From: Octopus vulgaris | Lineage: Eukaryota | Reading direction: 5' to 3' | NCBI GenBank assembly: GCA_951406725.2 | Contig: OX597833.1 | Coordinates: forward strand, 60,078,001-60,142,000 | DNA length: 64,000 nucleotides | Part shown: one piece after another, positions 37,921-52,100 of the stretch | Position numbering within the stretch: position 1 is the stretch's first letter | Layout: each line of letters opens with the position of its first letter | Program-made: the position numbers and the translations under genes | Notes under the pieces: generated by a model | Database searches by the model: none | Told to the model about the DNA's origin: nothing | The model's input: the letters and a program-made list of their open reading frames with translations, nothing else

Positions 37921-39189
37921 TTAGATGAGGCTATGTTTATTAATGCTTTACTCTTTTACTCTTTTACTCTTTTACTTGTTTCAGCCATTTGACTGCGGCC
38001 ATGCTGGAGCACCGCCTTTAATTGAGCAACTCGACCCCGGGACTTATTCTTTTGTAAGCCCAGTACTTATTCTATTGATCTCTTTTGCTGAACCGCTAAG
38101 TAACGGGGACATAAACACACCAGCATCGGTTGTCAAGCAATGCTAGGGGGACAAACACAGACACACAAACGCATATATATATACATATATACGACGGGCT
38201 TCTTTCAGTTTCCGTCTACCAAATCCACTCACAAGGCTTTGGTCGGCCCGAGGCTATAGTAGAAGACACTTGCCCAAGGTGCCACGCAGTGGGACTGAAC
38301 CCGGAACCATGTGGTTGGTAAGCAAGCTACTTACCACACAGCCACTCCTGCGCCTATATATACATTATATGTGTAGTGTTCATGTCATTTGAATCTTTAA
38401 TATTCATCAGATGGACCTCTAACATTCATCTACAAGCTTAACATTCAGTTCTAACATTATATAACCAACTTAGCATTCATTTAACATTCATTCATAGTCA
38501 TTTAGAGATACAATGTTATTCATTTCCTTTCCATTATCTAGCCATCAATATCATCATCATCATCATCATCATCGTCGTCGTCGTCGTCGTAGTCGTCGTC
38601 GTCATCATCGCCACTGTCATGTCACCATAAAATTTGTTCTGGGATATTTACTTCTCTGACATTCTTGATAATAACAATTCTAATTCCAGTTCAGAAATAT
38701 TTTGAAATCTAGTTAGGCTTCACAGCATCTAAACAGTTTTTGATTTAGATCGTTTTGCCCAAATATGGAGAAGCCATTGAGAGCAGCAAGTGATGATTAT
38801 CGTCAACTGTGTAGCCATCTTGACTTTTTTTTCAATTCTTTTCAATTTTCCACAATAATGAAGTTATTCTATCATTTTACCAGGACAAGCAAAAAAATTT
38901 TTTAAATCACAAAAACAGATAAATATTCATTAAATTAAATTAGATTTGATATTTGCAAATATATTTAAACATATTTCTAGTCTCATGGCAAAGAGATTTT
39001 CATTTTATCTCTAGCTTCTGTTGTGACAGCAAGGCCAAGAATGTTGATAACCACAGTGGGTTTCACAAAATACTGAGGCAGCTGATAGCCTTGCCTTCTT
39101 TGGTCACCTTCAGCTAAAGCAAAACTTTGATTTAAAATGTATTTTAAAAAATCAATCTTTTGAAATGAGGAAACCCATGGAAGTGTTGC

Positions 39190-39502
39190 TCAAGCTCCCA
39201 TCACAGCTACTGGCGGTTGAGGTAAGTATACTTTGGTGGTTTGTTGCATAACTCTTTTTGTGGACTGTTGTTGATTTTTTTTTTGCTGTACTGGTGGTCC
39301 ATACCGGCTTTGACATGAACGGATTTCCATTGAAGAACCTTGACATGGACAAACAATCTTTGAGCTGTTCTGACAGATGCGCCGTCGAAGTTTTGTCCCA
39401 CGGTAGCACAAACTCCAGCTACCCCATGCAAGCCAGTGACTTGGGGGGCCCCATTTACATAGATCCATTTTAGCCAGGGTCCCACAGTTTACCGATGGGT
39501 TG
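39190..39502 (-). CDS. Peroxidase-like last exon: end of peroxidase domain ([15 protein letters not shown]), TSP1 repeat and Gln/Pro-rich tail
   Basis: Acceptor ctacacag phase 2; [10 protein letters not shown]...RRRIC...CQG...EIRSC; TGA at 39190-39192. Confidence 0.88.
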
Positions 39503-39947
39503 CTGTGTAGATGAAAAAGAAAGAAACAGTTTGGTATTAATTATCTAATTATTTTTGTATGAACTTTAGACATGTTATAGACATGAAATATAGATGTGAA
39601 ATATAGACACAACGTAAACACTAAATGTAGATATGAGATGTTGACAAAAAAAAAAATAAATGTTAAATTTAAACTTTACACTGAGGTAAATGAAAATATT
39701 ACTGCCTTATCTTCTTATATGTATGTGTATATATATATATATATATATAACGGGAAAGTTTACGAAAATAAACAAAAGACGAAGGCAGGTGGAGTACAAA
39801 CAAACAAATGTATTTGTATAGCGCTCAGGAATAGAAGTAGAAAAAGTCTTTTATGTTTCGAGCCTACGCTCTTCGACAGAAAGATACACAGAAAAAAACA
39901 AGGAGAGAAAAAAATGCGTGTAGGAGCTAACGATCTATCATGGCATC

Positions 39948-39986
<39 letters not shown>

Positions 39987-41631
39987 CATGCATTTATCCT
40001 ATTTTCTTCACTTCCCCCTACACTGAACTGATATTGTCTGCATACAACTCATTCCCTATCTCAAATCCTCTGTCACACTATTTTCACTCAGTCCACTTAC
40101 TTGCACTTACGCACCTTTTCTGCCCTTCTGTCCTATCCTGACTCGTATCTGCATTGCGTCTGGACCCCCACATCTCTTTCTTTTTCTCTCTAGGTTTCCA
40201 GGTGGGCTAACCATGTATTCACCTCTTCAGCAAGACACCTGTTGCTCTCCCTCTATCATAGTCTCTTATTCCTCCTGTCTGTTCCCTGCTCACTTGAGGG
40301 GGAGGTCTTACCTCGCTGGTTCTTGGCAACCTCACCAGTGCCGGTGGCACGTGAAAATCACATTGTACACTCTGTTAAGTGGTTGGCATCAGGAAGGGCA
40401 TCCAGCTGTAGAAACCATAGAGACACAGAGACATATTGAAGGCGGCGAGCTGGCAGAAACGTTAGCACGCCAGGCGAAATGCTAGTTCAAATTCCGCCGA
40501 GGTCGACTTTGCCTTTCATCCTTTCGGGGTCGATAAATTAAGTACCAGTTACACACTGGGGTCGATCTAATCGACTTAATCCCTTTGTCTGTCCTTGTTT
40601 GTCCCCTCTATGTTTAGCCCCTTGTGGGCAATAAAGAAATAAGAAACCATAGAGACATAGAACCTGGCAGAGCCCTCTGTTTCATCTCTTCTTATCAAAC
40701 CTTCCAACCCATGCCGGTATGGAAAAAAGATGTTAAATGATGATGATTATGATGACGACGACGACAACGTCGACGACCCTCACCACTATCATCATAATCA
40801 TCAGCAGCAGCATGGCATTAATGTTGCCAATGATATATGGAAGCACTCCGTCGGTTATGACGATGAGGGTTCCGGTTGATCCGAATCAACGGAACAGCCT
40901 GCTCGTGAAATTAACGTGCAAGTGGCTGAGCACTCCACAGACACGTGTACCCTTAACGTAGTTCTCGGGGATATTCAGCGTGACACAGAGAGTGACAAGG
41001 CCGGCCCTTTGAAATACAGGTACAATAGAAACAGGAAGTAAGAGTGAGAGAAAGTTGTGGTGAAAGAGTACAGCAGGGATCACCACCATCCCCTGCCAGA
41101 GTGCCAATGATAGGAAGACTGCTGATAATGTGTATGGTGATGTTGATGGTGATGGTGATGGTGATGGTGATGATGATGAATATGTGGCCAACGTACCTCT
41201 GACTCACTGCAGCAAAACTGTTTTTCTGAATTTCTGTTATGCGTGTGTTTCGACATAAGATTTCCGTGAGTGAAACTTTCCTGATTTCCTGAAGCTGGAC
41301 TGAAAAATAGAATTATCGATCTCTCAGAATATCATAGACACTGTCACCACAGGGAGATATATCACTAACATAATACACAGATATCACAAATACACACATG
41401 CACGTGTGCACACATACACACATGCACACAACATACACACATGCACACAACATACACACACATACACACACATGCACATCCACACACACACACACACACA
41501 TCCACACACACACACACATGCACATCCACACACATAAACAAACATACATACACACACACATACAAACACATACACACACATATGTATATAAACACACACA
41601 CACACACTAACACACATATACATATACATAC

Positions 41632-41716
<85 letters not shown>

Positions 41717-43133
41717 ACAATTTCAAGTATTTTGGTTTTTCTGGGAGTCCCTTTTTAAAGTAGAAGAAATAGCTAACGTTTTTTGGCTGCTATTTCTAAA
41801 CTTCGGTATGTGGTAAAGCAAATCTTTGCTGAACCCTAATTATTTAGTATATATATATCTATATATATATATATGGAGGTGCAATGGCTCAGTGGTTGGG
41901 GCGGAAAACTCATGTTCGTAGGATCGTGGTTTTGATTCCCAGACGGTGTGTTGTGAGTGTTTATTGAGCGAAAACACCTAAAGCTCCATGAAGCTCCAGT
42001 AGAGGTTGGAGGCGAACCCTGCTGTACTCTTTCACCACAACTTTCTCACACTCTTTCTTTCTGTTTCTGTTGTGCCTGTATTTCAAAGGGGCCAGCCTTG
42101 TCACACTCTGTGTCACGCTGACTCTCCCAGAGAACTACGCTAAGGGTACACGTGTCTGTGGAGTACTCAGCCACTTGCACATTAATTTCACGAGTAGGCC
42201 ATTCCATTGATCAGATCAACTGGGACCCTCGTCGTCATAACCACCTGAGTGCCACGATATATATATACATATGCCAGCGCATGGCCGATGCCAGCGCGTG
42301 GCCGATGCCAGCACATGGCTGATGCCAGCACGTTGCTGATGCGAGCACGTGGCCGATGCCAGCGCATGGCCGATGCCAGCGCCGCCTTGACTGACTTCCA
42401 TGCCGGTGGCACGTTAAAAGCACCAACTGATCGTGGCCGATGCCAGACTCCCCTGGCACGTAAAAAGCACCCACTACATTCGTGGAGTGGTTGGTGTTAG
42501 GAAGGGCATCCAGCTGTAGAAACACTGCCAGATCAGACTGGAGCCTGGTGCAGCCCCTGGCTTTCCAGACCCCGGTCGAACCATCCAACCCGTGCTGGCG
42601 CGGAAAACGGACGTTAAACGATGATGATGATAAGTGTAAGATCCTTGGATCAAGATGTAGAAAGAAAGTTAGCTTCAAGCAATCCACAGTAAATATCAAA
42701 ATCAACTTTCAGGGACAATAGTAGTTTACTGAGATGGAAGGTTGTGAATTTTTTTCATATCGAAGTACAATAAACTGAAAAAAGTTCTTTTCATATTTCA
42801 CAGTAGGTGACCAGGGTTGCCAGGTGTGCGAATCAAGATATCCTCAGCTTGAAGAATAGCCTGCGATATACGCCTCACCTGGATATTACTACTTCTGAAG
42901 TTTCATTCACTATGAAACGTGTAGCCTGGATCTTATCCACTCCGTTCTGTAGAGAATTCACAAAAAAACCAGAAGACAAAGACAGGTGGTGTAGACAAAA
43001 AACAGATGTATTAGTTTAATGCTCGGGAAGTGAAAAAGTCTTTAATGTTTCGAGCCTATGCTCTTCTACAGAAAGGAACACAGGAAGAAACAAGAAGAGA
43101 AAATAAAGAATGTGTAATGGTTAGCGATCTATC

Positions 43134-43187
<54 letters not shown>

Positions 43188-43926
43188 TCGAGCGAGATCA
43201 TTGCCATTCAAGTGAGGTTGTTGCCAGTGCTGCTGGACTGGCTCCTATGCAGGTGGCATGTAAAAAACACCATTTGAGCATGGCCATTGCCAGTACTGCC
43301 TGACTGGCCCTCGTGCCGGTGGCACGTAAAAGCACCCACTACACTCTCGGAGTGGCTGGCATTAGGAAGGGCATCCAGCTGTAGAAACTCTGCCAGATCA
43401 GATTGGAGCCTGGTGTAGCCATCTGGTGTAGCCAGTCCTCAGTCAAATCGTCCAACCCATGCCAGCATGGAAAGCAGACGTTAAACGATGATGATGATAA
43501 TACATATATATATATATATGAGGGCATCTCTCAGTTTTTATCTACCAAATCCACTCACATGGTTTTGGTTGCTCCAGGATTATAGTTGAATACACATGCC
43601 CAAGGCGCCATGCAGTGGGATTAAACCTAAAACTTCAGAACCACATAGGCATGCCTACACATCTTTATATATGTATGCATAGATATGTTCTCTTTCTCTT
43701 TTTTAATTTTAGTGTAAATTTTGACCAGCCACCTACTTGGTAGCAAGGTTGTGAAGGAAAGCATTTTATTTTAACCATCATTTTTTAAAATCTTCAGAAA
43801 GTCTTGCAAATTTTTATAGTCTCAGATATTCTTTTCTACTCTAGGCACAAGGCCCGAAATTTTGATGTCACCAGGAATATGGATTGGGATGGTGTTGAAT
43901 TTCATGTACACCAAAGGTTAAAACAG

Positions 43927-43983
<57 letters not shown>

Positions 43984-45485
43984 CGACGACAACGATGATT
44001 CATCGATGACAATAATGATGATAATGATGATGATTATGATAATGATTATATAAAAACAGAAATTAATTCCAAATTACCTTTGCTAAATGCTCCCTTGTCG
44101 TTGTTTTCATACCAAAATCGGTCCCCTTTTTTCAGAACCTGGAACTGTTCAGCAATGATTTTGCCAAATGTGAGACCAACTTTCCCGCCTAAGACAGGAA
44201 TCTCGGAAATTCCAGCAGTCCACAGATCAATGTCATAGATATTCCTGTTGAATAAACATAAATGTAAATTATGTATATATATGTGTGTGTGTGTGTGTGT
44301 GTATAAATATATATACAGTGTGTTTGGGTCCAATTTAATGATATTTTTATGCCTCTTTTTCTGAAAAACAGCTTGATGTATTGGTGCACAGTCAATGACA
44401 TTGAAGAGCATTAAGATTAAAGATGTAGTTGAGAAAAGTTACCTCTCATGGAATACTGGAGACCGTTTGAATATTGGGAGAAATTTACTTGTATCATGAT
44501 AATTCACTCCAGGTATCAAAATGCTGTCACGTGGCCGTTGCCAGTGCCGCCTCGACTGGCTCCAGTGCCGGTGGCACATAAAAAGCACCATCCGAACATG
44601 GCCGATGCCAGCGCCGCCTTGGCTGGCTTCTGTGCCGGTGGCACATAAAAAGCACCATCCGAACATGGCCAATGCCAGCGCCGCCTCGACTGGCTCCAGT
44701 GCCGGTGGCACATAAAAAGCACCATCCGAACATGGCCGATACCAGCGCCGCCTTGGCTGGCTTCTGTGCCGGTGGCACATAAAAAGCACCATCAGAACAT
44801 GGCCAATGCCAGCGCCGCCTCGACTGGCTCCAGTGCCGGTGGCACGTTAAAAGCACCAACCAATCGTGGCCGATTCCGGACTCCCCTGGCACCTGTGCTG
44901 GTGGCACGTAAAAAGCACCCACTACACTCGCGGAGTGGTTGGCGTTGGGAAGGGCATCCAGCTGTAGAAACACTGCCAGATCAGACTGGAGCCTGGTGCA
45001 GCCTCCTGGCTTCCCAGACCCCGGTCGAACCGTCCAACCCGTGCTAGCGTGGAAAACGGACGTTAAACGATGATGATGATGATGATTGACTGTGGCTCAG
45101 TGCTTTGTGAACACTGCAAAAGCTGTATGACATGACATGGACAGCTGCAATGGAGACTACAAAGCTGTGATCAGCAGCACAAGACTCAGCAGACTTCCTG
45201 TGTCCACATGCCAGCATTCACTCAACATTTGCAGGACAAAGTGATGGAAGATCCAAGTAAGAGAATCTTGGCTTTGGCAAGAGAGAGAGATTCTTTTCTT
45301 TGTAGTTAGTTCATAGGTGATCTTCTTCTAGCATATTGGATGTCCACTTAGTGGTTATCTCTATTATACGCATGTATTACAATTTTTCTGAATTTTCAGA
45401 TTTTTCTATATGCTAGGCTACTGGTTTTAAATTGATATTAATTAAATTAATATTCAATTTATTATCACCCTCATTATTTAAATTT

Positions 45486-45523
<38 letters not shown>

Positions 45524-45743
45524 AAATGAGAAAATGTAGAAATATACCTAAATCAATCATTTTCTCATATCTCATATTGTATTATTAATTTATGGTAATA
45601 ATTTTACCCTTGCCCACATAATACAGTAGATGAATTAATTGCATCGCAATTTTTAACATTTATGTATTAGTTTTGTTGGGTACTTCTCTAGCAGTATATT
45701 GGATATATGTTACCCATGGAGGGTTGAATTTACAACCCCTATC

Positions 45744-45791
<48 letters not shown>

Positions 45792-45987
45792 GCACAAAGT
45801 TTTGTCAGTGAACAGGTCGCGGTCTCAAAGCGACGAAAATATTTTGACAAATTAAATTTAAATGTTGAAGTGAATCTAACAGTTTTGTGTGTTTCTTAAA
45901 TGGCTTATAAACACCTTCCACGCTGCAATTCTTTTCGTTCCAGCACACGATCTCAGATCAAGTCACTCATTATGCAAGTACATCTCC

Positions 45988-46018
<31 letters not shown>

Positions 46019-46092
46019 GGTAAATATAAACTACCCCACCACTACCATTTCTACAACACTTACCATCAGTACTACTACTTCTACTACTACTT

Positions 46093-46155
<63 letters not shown>

Positions 46156-49100
46156 TTGCTACTGCTGTTCCAATACCACCGCTACAGTGGAAAGAATCAA
46201 GATGAAACTCACCTGTACATCTGTGAAAGGCGGGCTTGATTGTCTGTCGAATGGCTTGTCAAAGATTTGAAATTCGACCAATGTGGCTCCCCAGTCTTAA
46301 TGGTCCACATTGGGTACGACATGATACCATGGTCCCGTCCTCGTTGGATGAGATCAGCAGCGAGATCAATCCCTGTTCCAGGAATATTTTCTAAATATTT
46401 ATTGGTCAGTTCATCTGTTACATATCTAAAATAGACATAAGGGTTGTTAACTGATATGTTCATGGGGATTTGTAAATTGAGTAACCACACATGGAGTTTC
46501 TGCTGGTGCTTTGATTTTTTTTTTAGGTGTGATATTTATGGCCAACCTGTGGCAAAAGGGAACTGTTGAAAGTGTGACTTATGGTAAAAGGGTCAGTGGA
46601 AAATGTGACCAGTGGGAAGGGGGTTGTGGGAAAGATGGCCAGCAGTAAAGAGCACTGTGGAAATTATGGCCAATTGTGAAGAGAAATATGTGGTCTATGA
46701 TAAAAGAAATTGTAGGATGTACGATCTGTGGAAAATGTTGGAAAGGAGTCTGTGGAAAAGGAGTTTGTGGGAGAGGAGTCTGTGGGAAAGGAGTCTGTGG
46801 GAAAGGAGTCTGTGGGAAAGAAGTTTGTGGAAAAGGAGTTTGTGGGAGAGGAGTCTGTGGGAAAGGAGTCTGTGGGAAAGAAGTTTGTGGGAAAGGAGTT
46901 TGTGGGAAAGGGGTTTGTGGGGAAGGTGTCTATGGGAAAGGAGACTGTGGGTAAGGAGTTTATGGGAAAGGGGTCGGTAGGGAAAGGAGTCTGTGGGAAA
47001 GGAGTCTGTGGGAAAGGAGTCTGTGGGAAAGAAGTTTGTGGGAAAGGAGTTTGTGGGAAAGGGGTTTGTGGGGAAGGTGTCTGTGGGTAAGGAGACTGTG
47101 GGAAAGGACTCTATGGGAAAGGAGTCTGTAGTAAAGAAGTTTGTGGAAAGCATGACTTGTGGGAAAAGGAACTGCAGAAAATGTGGCCTCTACTATAATT
47201 ATGAAATATGATGGTATTAATGAGTATGTTTTAAGTCAAATTACCGATTAACTGTTTGGCTGGGGTCTGTGAGCATTCCTCTAATGATTTTACTAGCAAC
47301 ATCCTCATTGCGGTAGAACATGTCTGCACGCAAGAATGTAGAACTCAAGTTGTGATAGGTGTCAATGGTGAAGTTTGATCTTATCATCGAAGTGGAATAT
47401 TGACCAGCAGCTATAGAGAAGACATTAAATACACCAGCTTTTACTTGGCCATCGTATGTTGTATAGCCAGTGTTTCGGACATTCAGATCATGTCTGGCCA
47501 TCAGCTGCGGACCTAAAATGTGTGGCAAGTACTCTTTGTATGCGATGTGTTGCATCTCGGCAATAACAATACGACGACTCTCCTGGAAGATTTTCTCATC
47601 ATCCCATGTTGGGTGCATGCTCGACAGTTGCGTGGCAATACGGTTGTGTTCACGGAGGAATACAGCATGTAGAGACAAGAGCAATGGGTTCTCATTCAGA
47701 CGATCGTCGCCTTAATGAAGGATGCGAAAAGAGAAAGAGAGACATATTAAATGAAGAGTTAAACAGAATCAAATGGTACATAATATAAATGTATGTGTGT
47801 GTGCATACATACATACATATATATGTATATGTATTCATGTATATATGTAGATAAACACATACACAGACATAATTAACATAAATAGTCACATATACATATA
47901 TTGGGTTGTCTGGAAAGTTCGTGCCGATTTATAGTAGCTTACCTTTTGACTTATTTTAGAACATGGTTGAATCCATAAAATAGGATTTGACTACACCTCC
48001 ATTTAGAGCACAGTTTAAGCTATCTTTTCATGGAAGAAGCGTTATGTTCCTATAACTTGTGTTAATTTTGTAACCCTTTAAAATGGAAGATAAGAAAGTT
48101 TATTTTTGGCACTTGATGCTTTGGGAACCAGACAAAAATTGCTGCAGCTCGGCTGGGATGTGTTACCCCACCCTCCATATTCACCAGATATTGCTCCTTC
48201 GGATTTCCACTTATTCAGGTCTCTGCAGAATAGTCTTAATGGTAAAAATTTCAATTCCTTGGATAACGTAAAAAGATACGTTGATGAATTCTTTGCCATG
48301 AAACCACCTCAATTCTGGGAAGAGGGTATTTTCAAGTTAAAGGAAAGATGGAGACGCATTGTGCAACAAAATGGTTTGTACTTGGTTGATTAAAAATGTA
48401 ATGGCAAGTATTTATTGACCTTTTTCTTTCCTTTAAAAATCGGCACGAACTTTCCGGACAACCCAATACTTGTAGATACATACATACACACATACAAACA
48501 CAAATGTACACTCACATACATGTATACTCAAAGAAATACTCAGATTTTTCACTTTAGGTACATATCTTTCTGGCCGGAGATACAAAGCCAGTGAGAAGCA
48601 CTAATCATATCCTTGAAGCAGTGAGAGGTACTACAATGGTAGTGAAGGATACTATAATTGTCCAAAGACAGTGATAGCATCAAGGCATGAAGGGGTCTTA
48701 AAAGATAATCCTGATTTAGCTTCCGTGTGTTTTCTTTTTTTAATTTTTTAGAAACAGTAGATAAATTTCTCGCATTTCATACTCTTTTTTTTTTTTACTC
48801 TTTTTACGTGTTTCAGTCATTTGACTGCGGCCATGCTGGAGCACCGCCTTTAGTCGAGCAAATCGACCTCAGGACTTATTCTTTGTAAGCCTAGTACTTA
48901 TTCTGTCGGTCTCTTTTGCCGAACCGCTAAGTGACGGGGACCTAAACACACCAGCATCGGTTGTCAAGCGAATTTTGGGGGGCACAAACAAAAACACACA
49001 AACACACAAACACACACACACACACACACACACATACACACATACACACATATACACGACGGGCTTCTTTCAGTTTCCATCTACCAAATCCACTCACAAG

Positions 49101-52100
49101 GCTTTGGTCAGCCTGAGGCTATAGTAGAAGACACTTGCCCAAGGTGCCACACAGTGGGACTGAACCCAGTACCATGTAGTTGGTAAGTAAGCTACTTACC
49201 ACACAACCACTCCTGTGCCTACTAATTATTTTAAAGCAGGACATTCTGATTAATGTGGTCCTAGATGCACTCATCATCATCATTGTTGTTGTAGAAGAAA
49301 ATGCCAGTGGTGTGGATTTGTTTAAGGTGGGCCTCAACCTGCAGGGCTGGATTAAGACCCATCAAGGCCCTAAGCACCTAAAAGATTTTGGTGCCCCCAT
49401 AAAAGATTATGTAATTCAAAATATAAACAATAACAAATCATAAAATAAATCTTTATTTTTCAAAACAAAACAAAACATTAGGAGGGAAAATAATGTTTTA
49501 TTTTTGTCTACTTCCACTTTATTTATATTCGAAAAGTTTCCTCCTACTTTTTTTGAATTGCAAAATCTTTGATCGGATCCTCAAAATTTATCTTAGGTAA
49601 CACATCTGAAATTGAAAACTACATGGTCATAGACGGGACTTGATGGCTGGAGACCCCAGCATTCAAGGATAGCGTGTCTCATTTGAATTAATGCTTCTCA
49701 AACACATGTTCAACCTTTCACCTCTGACCTTATGATTAGAGAAAGACAAAAGTTCTTACCTCCTGAGAAACAGTAAGTGATGTTCCCATTGACATTCCTC
49801 AGTTTACAGTTGGCAGCATTGAACAGATCCAAAGGCATCATTCCATCACCTATGGCAGAGGTCTTCATCTTACCTGGTGATTAGAGAGGGACTTGTATGA
49901 ATGGTGGTGGTGGTGGTGGTGGTAGTGATGAAGGTGCTGGTGGTGTTAGCTGTTGTTGTTAAGCAACAAGACTGGTAAGGGTGATTAGGTGATGGTCTAG
50001 GGCTTAGGGGCGGGAGACCCCAGACCTTGGAAAAAAAAAAACTTTGGTCGTCTTGTTGTAGTCGGGGGGCTCTTCATTGACGCCTGACACCAATGGGAGG
50101 TGGCCCTCGAAGTCGCTGGAAATGGAGCTCTCCAGGTCCAAATTCTTGAATGGCTGGTGGTGTTGGTGCAGATGGTGGTACAAGTCTTGGTGGTGGTGGT
50201 GGTATATTGGTGGTGATAGTGTGGTAGTGGTGGTGGTGGTGGTGGGGTATTAGTGGTGTAGGATATTAGAGATTGTGGTGGGGTGTTAGAGATGGATGTG
50301 GTAGTATTAGTGGTGGTGGTGGTGGTGGTGGTGGTGGTGGTGGTAATGGTGATAGTGCTAGTAATAACGGTAATAGTGTTTACAGATGTGGTAATGATGG
50401 TTGTAATATTTACATCAACAACAACAGCAGCAATAACGGCAGTAGTAGTACCACTACTACTACCTACTGACACTTTGTCAGTTACGAAGACAAGAGTTCC
50501 AGTTGATCCAATCAACGGAACAGTCTGCTCATGAAATTAACATTCCAGTGGCTGAATACTCCACAGACATGTATACCCTTAAGGTAGTTCTCAGGGGGAT
50601 TCAGCATGACATAGAATGTGACAAGGCTGACCCTTTGGATTACTGGTACAACTCATTCCAAGTTCAATGTCAGCAGAATGAAGGAAGGACCAGTGAGATT
50701 ACTGAAATGCTGGAGCCAAGGCTGTGTGCTGGATGCAAGGGGTAAGATGGAGGAGAACCTCTACTAGATTCACCAGTATTGGAGCAACATGAAATAAAGT
50801 GTCTTGCTTAAGGATACAACACATTGCTGGGAATTTAACTCATGACCTTACGATCATGAGCTGAATACCCTCACCATTAAGCCACATGCCTTCACTACTA
50901 CTACCACTAGAAGTAAATTAGGAAGAAGTAAAAAAAAACAACTGACCTGCAACCATTGTCCTCAGTGAGTTTGTGGTTGACTCATCTGAGCCATAGATTT
51001 GTGAGACATCGATAAAGTGAGTGTTTTGGTTAAGTTGTTCTCGGGGACCTTGAAGAGAAAAACATGATGGTGTTAATGTGATCGTAGTGAAATGCCACTG
51101 CCAAGCCCTTACAATATCACCATGACACCCCCACGACACTATTACAACACTATGACAACATCATTAGCTAGAATACTGTTATGTTATGATGCCATTATAT
51201 CTAGGACAAGAGCAACAAGCTGGCAGAAACGTTAGCATGCCAGGTGAAATGCTTAGCAGTTTTTCATCTGCCGTTACGTTCTGAGTTCAAATTCCACTGA
51301 GGTCAACTTTGCCTTTCATCCTTTCAGAGTCGATAAATTAAGTACCAGTTACACACTGGGGTCGATATAATCGGCTGGCCCCACCCCAAAATTTCAGGTC
51401 TGAATACCTATTTCTTTATTACCCACAAGGGGCTAAACACAGAGGGAACAAACAAGGACAGACATAGGTATTAAGTCGATTACATCGACCCCAGTGCGTA
51501 ACTGGTGCTTAATTTATCAATCCCGAAAGGATGGAAGGCAAAGTCGACCTCGGCGGAATTTGAACTCAGAACGTAGCGGCAGACGAAATACCGCTAAGCA
51601 TTTCTGCCAGCTCACCGCCTTACACAATGGCTTCTGTTCCTCTGAACAAGCAAGCTGTGCATCACTTCAACTAACCAAACACACCTTCTTCTCTTCCTAC
51701 AAACGTCACATCATTCATCCTAAAAAACCTTATCTAATCCTTCTCCTTCAAGAGTTCCTTCTTCTCCCACATTCAATCTACAGAATCTTATCAACCTCAA
51801 CATCACTCTATCCCAGTGATTCTCAACCAGGATTCTTATAACCCCGGGGGAGGGCGGGGTGGCATATGATCCTTGGGTTGGGGTTCATATAAGATTTAGG
51901 GAGACCACACAAGCAAAATAGTAAATTGGGGATCTACAGTAGTATATTAGGGGCTCCATGAAAAATTTTGATTTCAACATATTTATTGATTTCATATTTT
52001 GGCACAAGGCCAGCAATTTCAGGGCAAGAGTAAGTTGATTACATCAACCCCCAGTACTCAACAGGTACTTATTTTATTGACCCCAAAAGGATGAAAGGCA

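Noticed and set aside
44527-44925. CRISPR-like repeat-spacer array
   Set aside because: Eukaryotic context, no unique spacers and no cas genes; it is a tandem repeat within a retroelement
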